DNA from: Escherichia coli
GTDB lineage: Bacteria > Pseudomonadota > Gammaproteobacteria > Enterobacterales > Enterobacteriaceae
Direction: 5' to 3' (one strand)
Assembly (NCBI GenBank): GCA_032372955.1
Contig: GCA_032372955.1_4725.1
DNA: 64,000 bases
Shown here piece after piece: positions 9,987 to 19,649 of this stretch. The first letter of the stretch is position 1; each line of letters begins with the position of its first letter. Made by a program: the position numbers and the translations under genes. The notes beneath the pieces are model-generated. The model did no database searches and was not told the DNA's origin. It worked only from the letters and a program-made list of their open reading frames with translations.

Positions 9987-11289
9987 GAAGCCCGCGAAAC
10001 CCATCATCAACCCCCAACAACCCGCGAAGGCTCGCGACGATGTTTATCGTTCTGCGGTGGTGGATGAGCAATACAATAGTCAAATCGGGTTAGTGAATTA
10101 CGCATCCGGTTATTCCGTAGAATGTGATTATTACGAACAGATTCTCGGTCGCGATGATGAACAAAGCAGTTTTCAAGCTAACCGTGATATCGCTGAACAG
10201 CAGTACCGTCGCATCAGACATTACCCTATCAAGTTAATGTCGTCATTGACGCCGTCGTACGACAACGGTACCGCACGTTTTCAATCCGAGGGTACGTGTA
10301 TACTTCCGGCGGTATCGGTTCCTCTTTTAGGTAACATGCTGTTAATCTCCGGTCTCGATCATCGTATCGCGGTGTACACAATCACCCGAATCACGCCGAA
10401 GAACATCAGCTTAGCACCGGCTTACGAATGCGATATTTCCTTCCAACGTATTCTTGACGAAAAACAGCTTATCGAACTGGAAGCGAAAATCGTTGAAGAT
10501 ACGCTATACGACCAAGACCAGTTAAAGCACGGAAAACATCCCGTAATGGCAACGGAGAAATACAATCGTAAGTATGATTATCTCCGTCGTGCACTGGGAC
10601 TTTGTCACGCGTATTACCACGAATTTTACAGCCGTGAACTCAACACACTGCTTGTTCCTGGTCAGGATGCGGCAACCTACGATCCCTGGTGTGTTAACGC
10701 GTTTACGAAATTATGGTCGTCGCTTGAAGGAAAGCCATCATGGAACTTCGGACGTCTTAACGTAGACGACAGCCAGGAAGCGAATGCGATTTCTGTCTTT
10801 GAATGGGTCATGGACGGACGTCGGGAAGACGAAGCACGGTTGACGGTGAAATTCACACTGTTGTCAACAAAGCGTTTCTATCAATACCCGGCTGCAGGTG
10901 GGATTCGTTTTAGCGGGGCGCGGTTCTGTATGTGGCCTGCGACCACGTCGCTCGGTGATGACGTCGGTAAAGAGTTAGCCGTGCCTGAAAACACACCACC
11001 GACAAACCCGTTGGTGACCAACCTTACATCGATGGAGTATGATGGCGTTCCGTTGTTTCCATCGGTAGCGGACGATCCGTACTATGTTTTCACAGAGGCT
11101 TTCTATCGCAACCAAGCCCCGATGACGATCATTGAGAGTATGGTGCGTGATATGGTCGATGAGAAAGCAATCAGCCATCCAGCACTAAAACAGATGGTTG
11201 ATGCAATACCGTTGCTTTCTCCGCTAGATCGTTATTATTTCACACCGTTCGTTATTATGCTGTTACGAGCAGGAGCTATTGAACCATGA
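9973..11289 (+). CDS. hypothetical protein
   Basis: 438-aa ORF, GGAGTGA RBS; overlaps upstream gene by 14 nt. Confidence 0.65.
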   Translation: MALAKKPAKPIINPQQPAKARDDVYRSAVVDEQYNSQIGLVNYASGYSVECDYYEQILGRDDEQSSFQANRDIAEQQYRRIRHYPIKLMSSLTPSYDNGTARFQSEGTCILPAVSVPLLGNMLLISGLDHRIAVYTITRITPKNISLAPAYECDISFQRILDEKQLIELEAKIVEDTLYDQDQLKHGKHPVMATEKYNRKYDYLRRALGLCHAYYHEFYSRELNTLLVPGQDAATYDPWCVNAFTKLWSSLEGKPSWNFGRLNVDDSQEANAISVFEWVMDGRREDEARLTVKFTLLSTKRFYQYPAAGGIRFSGARFCMWPATTSLGDDVGKELAVPENTPPTNPLVTNLTSMEYDGVPLFPSVADDPYYVFTEAFYRNQAPMTIIESMVRDMVDEKAISHPALKQMVDAIPLLSPLDRYYFTPFVIMLLRAGAIEP

Positions 11290-11891
11290 GTCTACAACAC
11301 GTTAAAGATACCCCAACCAAACGTCTATTTGAACGTAAATTCGAATTCTGGATTCCCCGTAAATTCATGGTGGATAACTACACCAACGAGGTCAGCGGCG
11401 TCTACTCTTCAGGGGTTGCAGAAATCGACGATATGGCCATGAACGAAGAGGTGCCCGCACAGCTCACCGTACCGCAGGCTGCTGAAAAACATTCTCGTGG
11501 TGTCCCTATGCGTATTGCAAATCCTGACGTGAACGCCATGAAGATGTTCATGCTTCTTCTGGAACACACGGAATACGTTAAATACAATCTCGAAAACGAT
11601 CCTAACGCGCGCGTACCGTCTCTCGAAGCCAGTCGTATCCTCGAAGAGTTCATGGGTGGTCTGTGGAACGTTGCACGCGGTCGCATTAAAGACCCAACCG
11701 AAATGAGCGGATTATCTTCACGTTTACGTGAAATCGGTCAGCGTCGTAAAATCGGCATCAACCGCGCACGTCGCGGTGGTCTCAATGCAGGCCCAACCGT
11801 TGAAGAGCAACTGCAGGCGGTTCGTCACAGTGAATTCCGTGGTACGAAGATCGAAGAATTCATCATCCAACAACAACAACGGGGTCGTTAA
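11286..11891 (+). CDS. hypothetical protein with basic C-terminus
   Basis: 201-aa ORF; ATGA start/stop overlap with the upstream gene. Confidence 0.6.
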   Translation: MSLQHVKDTPTKRLFERKFEFWIPRKFMVDNYTNEVSGVYSSGVAEIDDMAMNEEVPAQLTVPQAAEKHSRGVPMRIANPDVNAMKMFMLLLEHTEYVKYNLENDPNARVPSLEASRILEEFMGGLWNVARGRIKDPTEMSGLSSRLREIGQRRKIGINRARRGGLNAGPTVEEQLQAVRHSEFRGTKIEEFIIQQQQRGR

Positions 11892-11893
11892 AC

Positions 11894-13261
11894 ATGGATT
11901 ACAAACAGACGCCGTTAGGACGGTATATCGGTACATTTGCGCAGGAAGCAGTTGCTGTTGCGTATAAAGTCACCGCGGAATTAATCACGCCGTCAATGAC
12001 GGTGTCTGTTCCTTTAGTGACTCAAGTCCACACGTATCGAGACTATGAACGTAACGCAGGAGATGAACTTTATATCTCTGTAAAGTTCCCGCCTGGCAGT
12101 TACGGAAAATACATCTTACCGTACCAACAACAACTTAAAATGCGTATCATCGTGCAGGCATACAGCCTGATGCGTGGACAACGCCAAACCGTAGACGATG
12201 CCGCACAAGCTTACGTCTACCGAGCGGTTTGTTTAACAACCGTAGACAGTCGTATGTCTGCTACCGACGAACGTACCGCAACAGATTCTTCGAAGAAAGA
12301 CTACGAACAAATGGTCGATCTTCAATTTCAACTGTTCGATCCTGTTCTTGAAAGCTTCATGCAATCAGAAACCGGTGAAAACTATACTGGGTCGAAAGTG
12401 TTGGATGTGTTGCGCCTTGAATTCAGCAAGATACTTTCTGCGGTTGAAGCCGACACCGGATTCAAAATGCAGGGCGTGGACATTGTTGCGCCGAATAACG
12501 ACAATCTGTTCAAGTTGCTTATTCTTCCGCACGGTACCAACGCAATGGATCTCGTAGACAAAATCCAGAACCAGGTCGGTATTTATTCAGCGGACGTAGG
12601 TTGTTATTATCAATCCCCGTATCTGTATATTTATCCTCTCTACGACGAAACCCGTTTCTCTGACGGTCGTCGCACGGCTATCTTTTACAACTACCCTGCC
12701 GATATGTTTCCAGGCATGGACAAGACCTGGATCAATCGTGACAAATACGTGGAAATTGCATGTACGAGAGGGGCGTCGGTAAGCGACATCAATAACGCGG
12801 CTTCGTTGTTAGGTAATGCGGGTGGGCGTTTTGTTTCGGCAAGTCAGATGAGTCAGGGAATGACATTATCAAAAGGAGGCGATACGATAATCAGTCGTAC
12901 TGTAAACGTTAGCGAGTACGTAACTGAAGAACGTAGCGATAACGTGAAGGTGGCGAAAGGGATGGGACGCGTAACCGATAACCGATGGCGTGAATTAAGT
13001 AATACTGCTGGATTACGCGGCAGGACAATGCAGTTGGTGTGGGAATACGCAAACATGGATATGTTGTATCCCGGCATGCCTGCTAAAGTTGTGTGGATGC
13101 AGGATAACAATCTCTGCGAAGCATACGGGGTTATCATGCGTACCGATTGTGCTGTTACGATGGCAGGTTCTTCTGTACGTGAACCACAGTGGACATGCCA
13201 TGGTACGGTCACGTTATGGCTTGCACCAGAAAAAGACAACACCGTTCGTCCAACCGTTTAA
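11894..13261 (+). CDS. hypothetical protein
   Basis: 455-aa ORF beginning 2 nt after the previous stop. Confidence 0.65.
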   Translation: MDYKQTPLGRYIGTFAQEAVAVAYKVTAELITPSMTVSVPLVTQVHTYRDYERNAGDELYISVKFPPGSYGKYILPYQQQLKMRIIVQAYSLMRGQRQTVDDAAQAYVYRAVCLTTVDSRMSATDERTATDSSKKDYEQMVDLQFQLFDPVLESFMQSETGENYTGSKVLDVLRLEFSKILSAVEADTGFKMQGVDIVAPNNDNLFKLLILPHGTNAMDLVDKIQNQVGIYSADVGCYYQSPYLYIYPLYDETRFSDGRRTAIFYNYPADMFPGMDKTWINRDKYVEIACTRGASVSDINNAASLLGNAGGRFVSASQMSQGMTLSKGGDTIISRTVNVSEYVTEERSDNVKVAKGMGRVTDNRWRELSNTAGLRGRTMQLVWEYANMDMLYPGMPAKVVWMQDNNLCEAYGVIMRTDCAVTMAGSSVREPQWTCHGTVTLWLAPEKDNTVRPTV

Positions 13262-13265
13262 TATT

Positions 13266-13297
13266 CCCTCTCCCTTCCCTTACGGGTTGGGAGAGGG
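13266..13297 (+). terminator. conserved CCTCC-armed hairpin element followed by CTTATGCTG
   Basis: CCCTCTCCC-TT-CCC-TTAC-GGG-TT-GGGAGAGGG. Confidence 0.5.
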
Positions 13298-13340
13298 CTT
13301 ATGCTGTCTTATTTCGCATTACTCCAGTTTATTTCGCGAC

Positions 13341-13356
13341 TACATTACCTAGGTGA
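13341..13356 (+). promoter_or_regulatory. conserved promoter-like motif TACATTACCTAGGTGA (copy A)
   Basis: Identical 16-mer recurs at 19821; related copies at 48000 and 60503; all intergenic, upstream of + strand genes. Confidence 0.45.
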
Positions 13357-13558
13357 TAAGAGCGGTTACTGTTGTCGCTGTAAATTTCTCTTAATAATCG
13401 AGGATACAGTCATGGCCTTATTAATACGCGACCCGTCAGCATACGAAAACACGCGTTATAACCATAACCAGTTCGGCAATAATTTCTAACAAAGAACGAT
13501 CAATCTATGCATTGATTCTTCTATCCGCAATCCACCTAACATAGAAAGGTAAAATACG

Positions 13559-14128
13559 ATGTTTAATCCAGAAATCATGATTCTTGATCCTTGGTACCTC
13601 AACAAACTTCCAGGAATCAAAATGCCAGGCGATCCTCACGCATTCGATTTGATGGTCGTTGCCGAAGTTACCAGCAATACGGTTAACACCATCGACGATG
13701 ATGAGGTTCCTGTTGAAGAGGTGTTCTCTGTTACGACGACATTACTGGAAAGTCGAGAGCTGACCGAAAACGGCAGCGCCGATGAAATCATTCCTATCGA
13801 TGGTGAGATGGAGATCATGTTAACACAGGTCGAGTTGCACCATCGTGTCGCACCAACAAAAGACACGCCTTATGACAATGAACCTGCAGAACAACCTGAT
13901 GAAAACGGTCGAGTGAAACTTGCTGACATCGACGACGATGCTCTTGAAGATATCGACGAAAACGAAGAAACGAACTTCTACCAAGCTGAAGCGAAAGAAG
14001 CGTTTGATAAAGCGGTTCAGCATGATCGACGTATCACCGAGAAGATGATCCAACAACAACTTATCGGTAAACGTCTTAAGCTCGAATTCGCAAGCGGGGT
14101 GCTTACTACCTGGTCACTCATCGTCTAA
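13559..14128 (+). CDS. highly acidic hypothetical protein
   Basis: 189-aa ORF, AAAGG RBS; large D/E excess; sits downstream of promoter-like motif at 13341. Confidence 0.6.
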   Translation: MFNPEIMILDPWYLNKLPGIKMPGDPHAFDLMVVAEVTSNTVNTIDDDEVPVEEVFSVTTTLLESRELTENGSADEIIPIDGEMEIMLTQVELHHRVAPTKDTPYDNEPAEQPDENGRVKLADIDDDALEDIDENEETNFYQAEAKEAFDKAVQHDRRITEKMIQQQLIGKRLKLEFASGVLTTWSLIV

Positions 14129-14197
14129 AACCGAAACAACGTTTTCATTTCCAATCACATACTCAACAATCTAAATCCAATTAAGAGGACAACATTT

Positions 14198-14599
14198 ATG
14201 TTTAATATTCTTAGTGTACCGCGTTCCCCTGTCAGTTCTTACTTCGGTATTATGACCAGTAAAGAACACAACGTGGAATATACTGTTATCGCTAAAGATC
14301 CATCACCGATCAACGTAACGTTTGCTGAAGGTACTACCGAACTCGTTCCGTTAAATGGTGAATTCAGTAAACCTGTTAACGGCGTCTACGAACTTATCAC
14401 TCGCGATCCGAATAACAACGCGACCTACCGTGTGGTGTGTGCGTTCAACAATAACAAATTGGTTATTGTTGCGGATAGCCGTGGGTTATCGTGGATGGCT
14501 GAGGAAGGCACACATCGTTACTACGAAGAATGCTTACGAACCGCAGGCATCTACGATCTGGTAATGGACGCCCGTGCTAAAAACGACCGGATGTTTTAA
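14198..14599 (+). CDS. hypothetical protein
   Basis: 133-aa ORF with AAGAGGA RBS. Confidence 0.55.
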   Translation: MFNILSVPRSPVSSYFGIMTSKEHNVEYTVIAKDPSPINVTFAEGTTELVPLNGEFSKPVNGVYELITRDPNNNATYRVVCAFNNNKLVIVADSRGLSWMAEEGTHRYYEECLRTAGIYDLVMDARAKNDRMF

Positions 14600-14605
14600 A
14601 TTATC

Positions 14606-14932
14606 ATGATTACTCGAGAAATCATTTACGACGCTATTATCGAATGCCGCCATCGCGTCATGCGTGGAACGGTGTATAACTACCACTTAAACAACATTAT
14701 CAGTGAATGTACGGCGGTGATGACTAGCGCGCTGGGTAAACCTAGCGCTATCGCACTCTATCCAAACATCACTGAACAGGAGCAAATCAATATCGAAAAC
14801 CAACGTCGAGTGAATCGCCAATACGATGTAACAGCCATGCACGCATGGCTTATCGTTGCAGCGAAACTCAACACGCTTCTCACTGAGAACGGCTGGAAAT
14901 TTTCACCTAATGAATTCATGACAATAAGTTAA
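14606..14932 (+). CDS. hypothetical protein
   Basis: 108-aa ORF 6 nt after the previous stop; no clear RBS. Confidence 0.45.
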   Translation: MITREIIYDAIIECRHRVMRGTVYNYHLNNIISECTAVMTSALGKPSAIALYPNITEQEQINIENQRRVNRQYDVTAMHAWLIVAAKLNTLLTENGWKFSPNEFMTIS

Positions 14933-14947
14933 TCAAAGCGGTCATAA

Positions 14948-15002
14948 CCCCTCCTCCTTCCCTTACGGGTTGGAGGAGGGAACCGCACAATCTTTTTTTT
15001 TT
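14948..15002. terminator. conserved hairpin element plus T-run between convergent genes
   Basis: CCCCTCCTCC-TT-CCC-TTAC-GGG-TT-GGAGGAGGG then 10 T at 14993-15002. Confidence 0.6.
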
Positions 15003-15006
15003 GCGT

Positions 15007-16617
15007 TTAAAATTCTAAATCAAATTGTAATTCATTACTCGGTGCTGCGTTTTCATCGAACTTGTTCCACGGACCTTTACCTCCCTCGGAGACAGGTTGT
15101 CCGCCAACCTTGCGGCAATATACTGCTTTCTTACCGTAATCATCAGGAAGCATCCCGATGGTTTGGAATGGCATCGCGAAATGTTTGTCTTCAGGTTTCG
15201 TTGAACCGTTATCCGGTTGACGGTCTTTCCCTAATGCAAAGACCTGCCAGCTTTGACGTTTGCCGGGTTCCTTAACGATATCAACAATCACTTCAAGGTC
15301 AATCTCGCGGTCAATCCCTTTACAACCATCCCAGTAACTTAAACCTGCGACCTGGTCAACGAACTCTTCATCGTTACCATCACGTGCACGCATCTTCGCA
15401 TCGGATGACAGCTGGTGTACGGTCATGCCTAAAATACGTTTAACGCTGCAGAGGTTACGGACTTTGTTAAAGAGTTCTTGGAGCCATGCGCCGGTCGGCC
15501 CATTTCTATCCAGCCCTTCCGATGAGAACATTTTCAGATAGTCAATGAACAACGCCATGACTTCATAACCCATGCGTTCGAAATGGTCGATGAGATTAGC
15601 GAGTTGTTTATAACTCATCCCATCAACACGACGCATACAAACAGAGAAACCCGCATCATTGAACACCTTCAACACATAACGTGATGCCTCGCGAGGGTCA
15701 ATCTTACGAATATCGACATATTCGCCCGTTTCCTGTTCTCGCATGTTCTTGTATATTTGAAGCGTGTTTTCTTCCACTTCGTTTTCTGTCGACAAATGAA
15801 TCAGTAATGCTTTCTTTGCTCGCTCCGGAAAAAAGAAATGGGGTTTATTGTACAGTGCCAGATGCGTGAACAGTTTTAACAACACACCTGACTTGTTCCG
15901 GTGCTGCATCGCACCAATCAGTCCTAAGGTACCGCGACGTAAAACACCGACCGACCCCAACATTTTATTAAAACCTTGCCAGCCGGTTACAAACCCACCT
16001 TCAGGACTGTTACGTTCCATCGCTTTGACGAACATACGTTCAACTTTCTCGATATCGTCTTCACTGTCAGCGATAAAGCCGTCAATCATACACGACATCT
16101 CTTCGGGATTTTCGGTATCCATTTCGATACTGTCTAGCGATAATTTCAAATTCGCCATCGCATCGAAAAATTCTTTATCCCCAAGTCGCCCGTTACTGAT
16201 ATCCATGTACGTGTTTCTAAAGGTTTCGAAAACACGACGACGGGTAATCAGATTACGTAATTCGTTGTAATAGAGTGAACAGACCTTACTGATATGAGCG
16301 TCGTCTTCGATATCGTACAGTCCGTCGGCGAGAATCTCGTAAAGATTGCTTTGCTCAAGGCAATCTAAACGTATCCTTTGTAACAACTGTTGTTTATCGA
16401 AAGGTTCCGATAATGGTTGTTCCAACATCCAATGAATGGTATTCATCAGGTTGTTGAAAACCTCTCTATCTACGTCTGTAGCGAGATGGTTTTTCGGGGG
16501 TTCGACTTTATCTAAGACGGATTTAACATGTTCGATCGTACTGGGATCGGGATGGTTCAATTGTGCATTACGAAACAGTAACGTAATAATCTTAATGGCT
16601 ATCTGTTTTGGGTCCAT
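15007..16617 (-). CDS. DnaB-family replicative helicase-like protein
   Basis: Start chosen at MDPKQ (AAAGGA RBS). RecA-like C-terminal domain: Walker B FIDYLKMF, HQLSS (cf. DnaB SQLNR), DGCKGIDREIDLEVIV (cf. ESGxIEQDADxV); P-loop looks degenerate (GAMQHRNKSG). Confidence 0.55.
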   Translation of the reverse strand: MDPKQIAIKIITLLFRNAQLNHPDPSTIEHVKSVLDKVEPPKNHLATDVDREVFNNLMNTIHWMLEQPLSEPFDKQQLLQRIRLDCLEQSNLYEILADGLYDIEDDAHISKVCSLYYNELRNLITRRRVFETFRNTYMDISNGRLGDKEFFDAMANLKLSLDSIEMDTENPEEMSCMIDGFIADSEDDIEKVERMFVKAMERNSPEGGFVTGWQGFNKMLGSVGVLRRGTLGLIGAMQHRNKSGVLLKLFTHLALYNKPHFFFPERAKKALLIHLSTENEVEENTLQIYKNMREQETGEYVDIRKIDPREASRYVLKVFNDAGFSVCMRRVDGMSYKQLANLIDHFERMGYEVMALFIDYLKMFSSEGLDRNGPTGAWLQELFNKVRNLCSVKRILGMTVHQLSSDAKMRARDGNDEEFVDQVAGLSYWDGCKGIDREIDLEVIVDIVKEPGKRQSWQVFALGKDRQPDNGSTKPEDKHFAMPFQTIGMLPDDYGKKAVYCRKVGGQPVSEGGKGPWNKFDENAAPSNELQFDLEF

Positions 16618-16656
16618 CGACTCAATCCTTTCGATACTTGCAAAGAGGTAATCATA

Positions 16657-17277
16657 ATGAAGGAACTCCGATATCTCGTCGTTCCGAATTGGGTAGAACA
16701 CGCGATTATTCGAAATGCGCGTGATGACTTACAGGTGTTATTAGATCCTAAAAGTCTTTTCGGCATACTATCGCCCAATGATGTAGGTTTTTATTTCGCA
16801 GCCCAGAACGTGCCTTTCTTCATCACGAAAGAACACGAACAAGCGAACCCTGCGGTTCATCTTAACAACCTGCTTGGTGGTATGTTTGCGTATCACTATG
16901 ACGAAACAGGTTTGCCGCCAGAGAAGAATGTTGATGTGCTGTGTGAGTACATCAATCGTTATGACAATGGTTATTACCATTTACTGACGAGCTATCCGCG
17001 TGATATTGAACGTCGTTTGGCGGATCCAACTTACAGCCCAGACAAACGTCCGTTGAGTGTTCGGGTGCGTTATGTTAATGAGGATGTGATCGCGATTGTT
17101 GTCGATTGTCTTCCTTTATTGGCAGAAGAGTTATTGAGCGATCGTATTGCTGATAACTACAGCGCCGTTATTGAACACCTGCGAATTAATATGAGTCTTG
17201 CGGAAGTTGCGCAATTGCCGCTGTTCCGTTCATATTGCACCAATCGTTCCATCCATTATCGCCTGCGTCGTTTGTGA
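16657..17277 (+). CDS. hypothetical protein
   Basis: 206-aa ORF, AGAGG RBS; divergent from the helicase gene across a 39-bp gap. Confidence 0.55.
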   Translation: MKELRYLVVPNWVEHAIIRNARDDLQVLLDPKSLFGILSPNDVGFYFAAQNVPFFITKEHEQANPAVHLNNLLGGMFAYHYDETGLPPEKNVDVLCEYINRYDNGYYHLLTSYPRDIERRLADPTYSPDKRPLSVRVRYVNEDVIAIVVDCLPLLAEELLSDRIADNYSAVIEHLRINMSLAEVAQLPLFRSYCTNRSIHYRLRRL

Positions 17278-17426
17278 CGTAGGGAAAAGTTATGCGGCAT
17301 TTTTAGTGTTGTATCACGACCTCAATAACGGTAAGTGTTTACTGATACTATAGTGGCGCATGCACGCGTGTACGCTATGGTCTATCGACCGACTTATATA
17401 AGTTAATTCTGTAAAGGATACTTTCA

Positions 17427-19649
17427 ATGAATGATAAAACCCTTCTTAGCCAACAGGTCGCGGCCACTCGCCAGTTCCTGACCGCTAATGGTAGCAAACC
17501 AGCAGACAAAGGTCTGGAGAACACCTTCCTGTCTATGGAATCTGCTTCTAAGGTTGATTTCAAATCCATGGACAAACTGGTTAACGAAATGGATGTTAAG
17601 AGCTTCAGCAGCGACATCCGTAAAGCAGAAGAACCGGTTCTGTCCATGCTGGGCTTCGAAACCACCACTCCGGAAGAGAAGCAGCGTATTGAAGAACAGC
17701 TGTTCACCATGAACGCACAGCAGGCTCGTGCAGCAGCACTGATCATGCTGGCTCATGGCAACCCGGTGGAATATGCTAAACAAGCACGTTCCATGAACAT
17801 CAGCACCACTCCGTCTGGCCGTGAAGTTGACAGCTCTAACTTCGTCATGATGGCCGCCGATTCCTGCGGTTGCGAATCTGAAGAACTGGTTCAGCTGTCC
17901 TACGACCAGAAAGAACTGCGTGACATGATGCCGTACTCCGTTGTGTTCAACGTGAAGGCTTCTCGTCTGAGCCGCATGGGTAACGAACTGTACAACACCA
18001 TCGTTCTGGCTCCGAACCAGATCGGTTACGACGTATCTTTCCGTCGTCCGCTGGTGTTCAACCACCTGCGTCGTAACGCTGACGGTACTCCGGCTGATTG
18101 GGTACGTCGTCCGCTGCTGGATGCGTTCATGTACAACGACGTTCTGTCCAACGACGTGACCGATCTGCATCCGATCTATCGTGCTGACGATGCTAACGCG
18201 CAGTACTTCGTTGACAAAACTATCGTTGCTCCGCGTGACATCGAAATTAAAGGCGTAACTTACAAAACGTCTTACCTGGCCGTTGATAAACTGATCGACA
18301 TGATCGGTATTGCTGAAGACGATAGCATCCTGGCTAACGGTTACAGCGACAACACCGACGCGCTGGACGCTCAGATCACGCTGACCAAAATCCTGGTGGA
18401 AATCAAATCCACCAAACACAGCAAAACCTCTTACGTACCGTTCGACGTATCTGGTCTGATCACCAACGGTTTCCAGAAATCCCTGGAAGGCGACTTCCGC
18501 AAAATGACCCTGGCGTTCGACACCCACTCCATCTTCGTTGATGAGAACACCGTTGACGTTAAAGGTGCACGAGCTGAAGCGCTGCAGGACATCATCGATT
18601 CGAAATCCGCTGCTCAGCTGGCAATCGAAGTTTACGGTTCTTCCAACGTAGAGAAAGCCGGTCTGCGTGTTAACGGCGCTAACGCTGAACTGTATCGTCT
18701 GGTCGATCGTGACAACATCGAACAACCGCGTAAGGGCGAAGAGTTCAAACAGCTGGCTGAAGACCTGAGCTTCAAACTGGTTGGTTACGAACTGCGTATC
18801 CGCCGTAACAACAGCAACCGTCGTGAGCGTGGTAAGCACCTTGACTTCAACATGAAGCAAGAACGTTACGCAATCGGCCTGCTGGCTCCGTTCTCCATTC
18901 CTCGTCCGCTGGATTGGGAAGAAAACGCTGCTGACCTGGACGTTCTGATCCAAGCTGCTAACGCACGTTTCGACAACCTGATGGTTGAGAAACTGTTCAG
19001 CTACAAAGACGCACTGAAAGCGGTTGCGACCTCTCGCTTCCGTCAGTTCGGCGACATCCAGATCGAAGGTTTCGGTCGTTACCTGATCCGTCCGTGGTTC
19101 GAAGAAATCAATCTGGACCTGGAGAAATCTGTTCAGGGTACCACCACTGCAGAACGTCGTGCTGAAGTGTCCGCTGCGATCATGAACGTGATTCGTGAGA
19201 TGGCATACCGCATGTACTCCGAGTCTGGTTATCAGCCAGCTCTGCAGCTGCTGTCTTCCAACGCTGATGAGAAACCGCGTTGCGTAGTAGCAACTGACAA
19301 CTACATCCCGCAGTTCCTGCAGACCGATGGCGATTTCCGTACCGTTGGTGTGAGCTTCAACTTCGTGGTTGTAGATAACCCGAACGTCATGCTGCGCGAT
19401 AAGATCTTCGTGACCCTGTCTCGTGGTATCCAGGGTTCTCCGGATCCGCTGACCTTCGGTATGTTCCTGTATGTACCGGAACTGGTATCTGTTGCTCAGG
19501 TTACCCGTAACGGTCAGGTTTCTAAAGAAACCATGGTTCAGCCGCGCTGCCGCTTCGTTAACAACTGCCCGCTGCTGGGTCTGATTAACGTTGTGAACCT
19601 GCGTAAGGTCTACACTGAAAACATCAAGCTGCCTGTTCAGACTAACTGA
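17427..19649 (+). CDS. abundant virion structural protein, probable major capsid protein
   Basis: 740-aa ORF, AAAGGA RBS. Extreme bias to high-expression codons (ctg, cgt, ggt, aac, ttc), unlike neighbours; size fits jumbo-phage capsid proteins. Identity not verified. Confidence 0.55.
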   Translation: MNDKTLLSQQVAATRQFLTANGSKPADKGLENTFLSMESASKVDFKSMDKLVNEMDVKSFSSDIRKAEEPVLSMLGFETTTPEEKQRIEEQLFTMNAQQARAAALIMLAHGNPVEYAKQARSMNISTTPSGREVDSSNFVMMAADSCGCESEELVQLSYDQKELRDMMPYSVVFNVKASRLSRMGNELYNTIVLAPNQIGYDVSFRRPLVFNHLRRNADGTPADWVRRPLLDAFMYNDVLSNDVTDLHPIYRADDANAQYFVDKTIVAPRDIEIKGVTYKTSYLAVDKLIDMIGIAEDDSILANGYSDNTDALDAQITLTKILVEIKSTKHSKTSYVPFDVSGLITNGFQKSLEGDFRKMTLAFDTHSIFVDENTVDVKGARAEALQDIIDSKSAAQLAIEVYGSSNVEKAGLRVNGANAELYRLVDRDNIEQPRKGEEFKQLAEDLSFKLVGYELRIRRNNSNRRERGKHLDFNMKQERYAIGLLAPFSIPRPLDWEENAADLDVLIQAANARFDNLMVEKLFSYKDALKAVATSRFRQFGDIQIEGFGRYLIRPWFEEINLDLEKSVQGTTTAERRAEVSAAIMNVIREMAYRMYSESGYQPALQLLSSNADEKPRCVVATDNYIPQFLQTDGDFRTVGVSFNFVVVDNPNVMLRDKIFVTLSRGIQGSPDPLTFGMFLYVPELVSVAQVTRNGQVSKETMVQPRCRFVNNCPLLGLINVVNLRKVYTENIKLPVQTN

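Noticed and set aside
13301-13489. 62-aa ORF starting at the TATG right after the hairpin at 13266
   Set aside because: It overlaps the conserved promoter-like motif at 13341 and has no RBS; more likely non-coding regulatory sequence. The conserved ATGCTGTC after two hairpins is noted under the hairpin finding instead.
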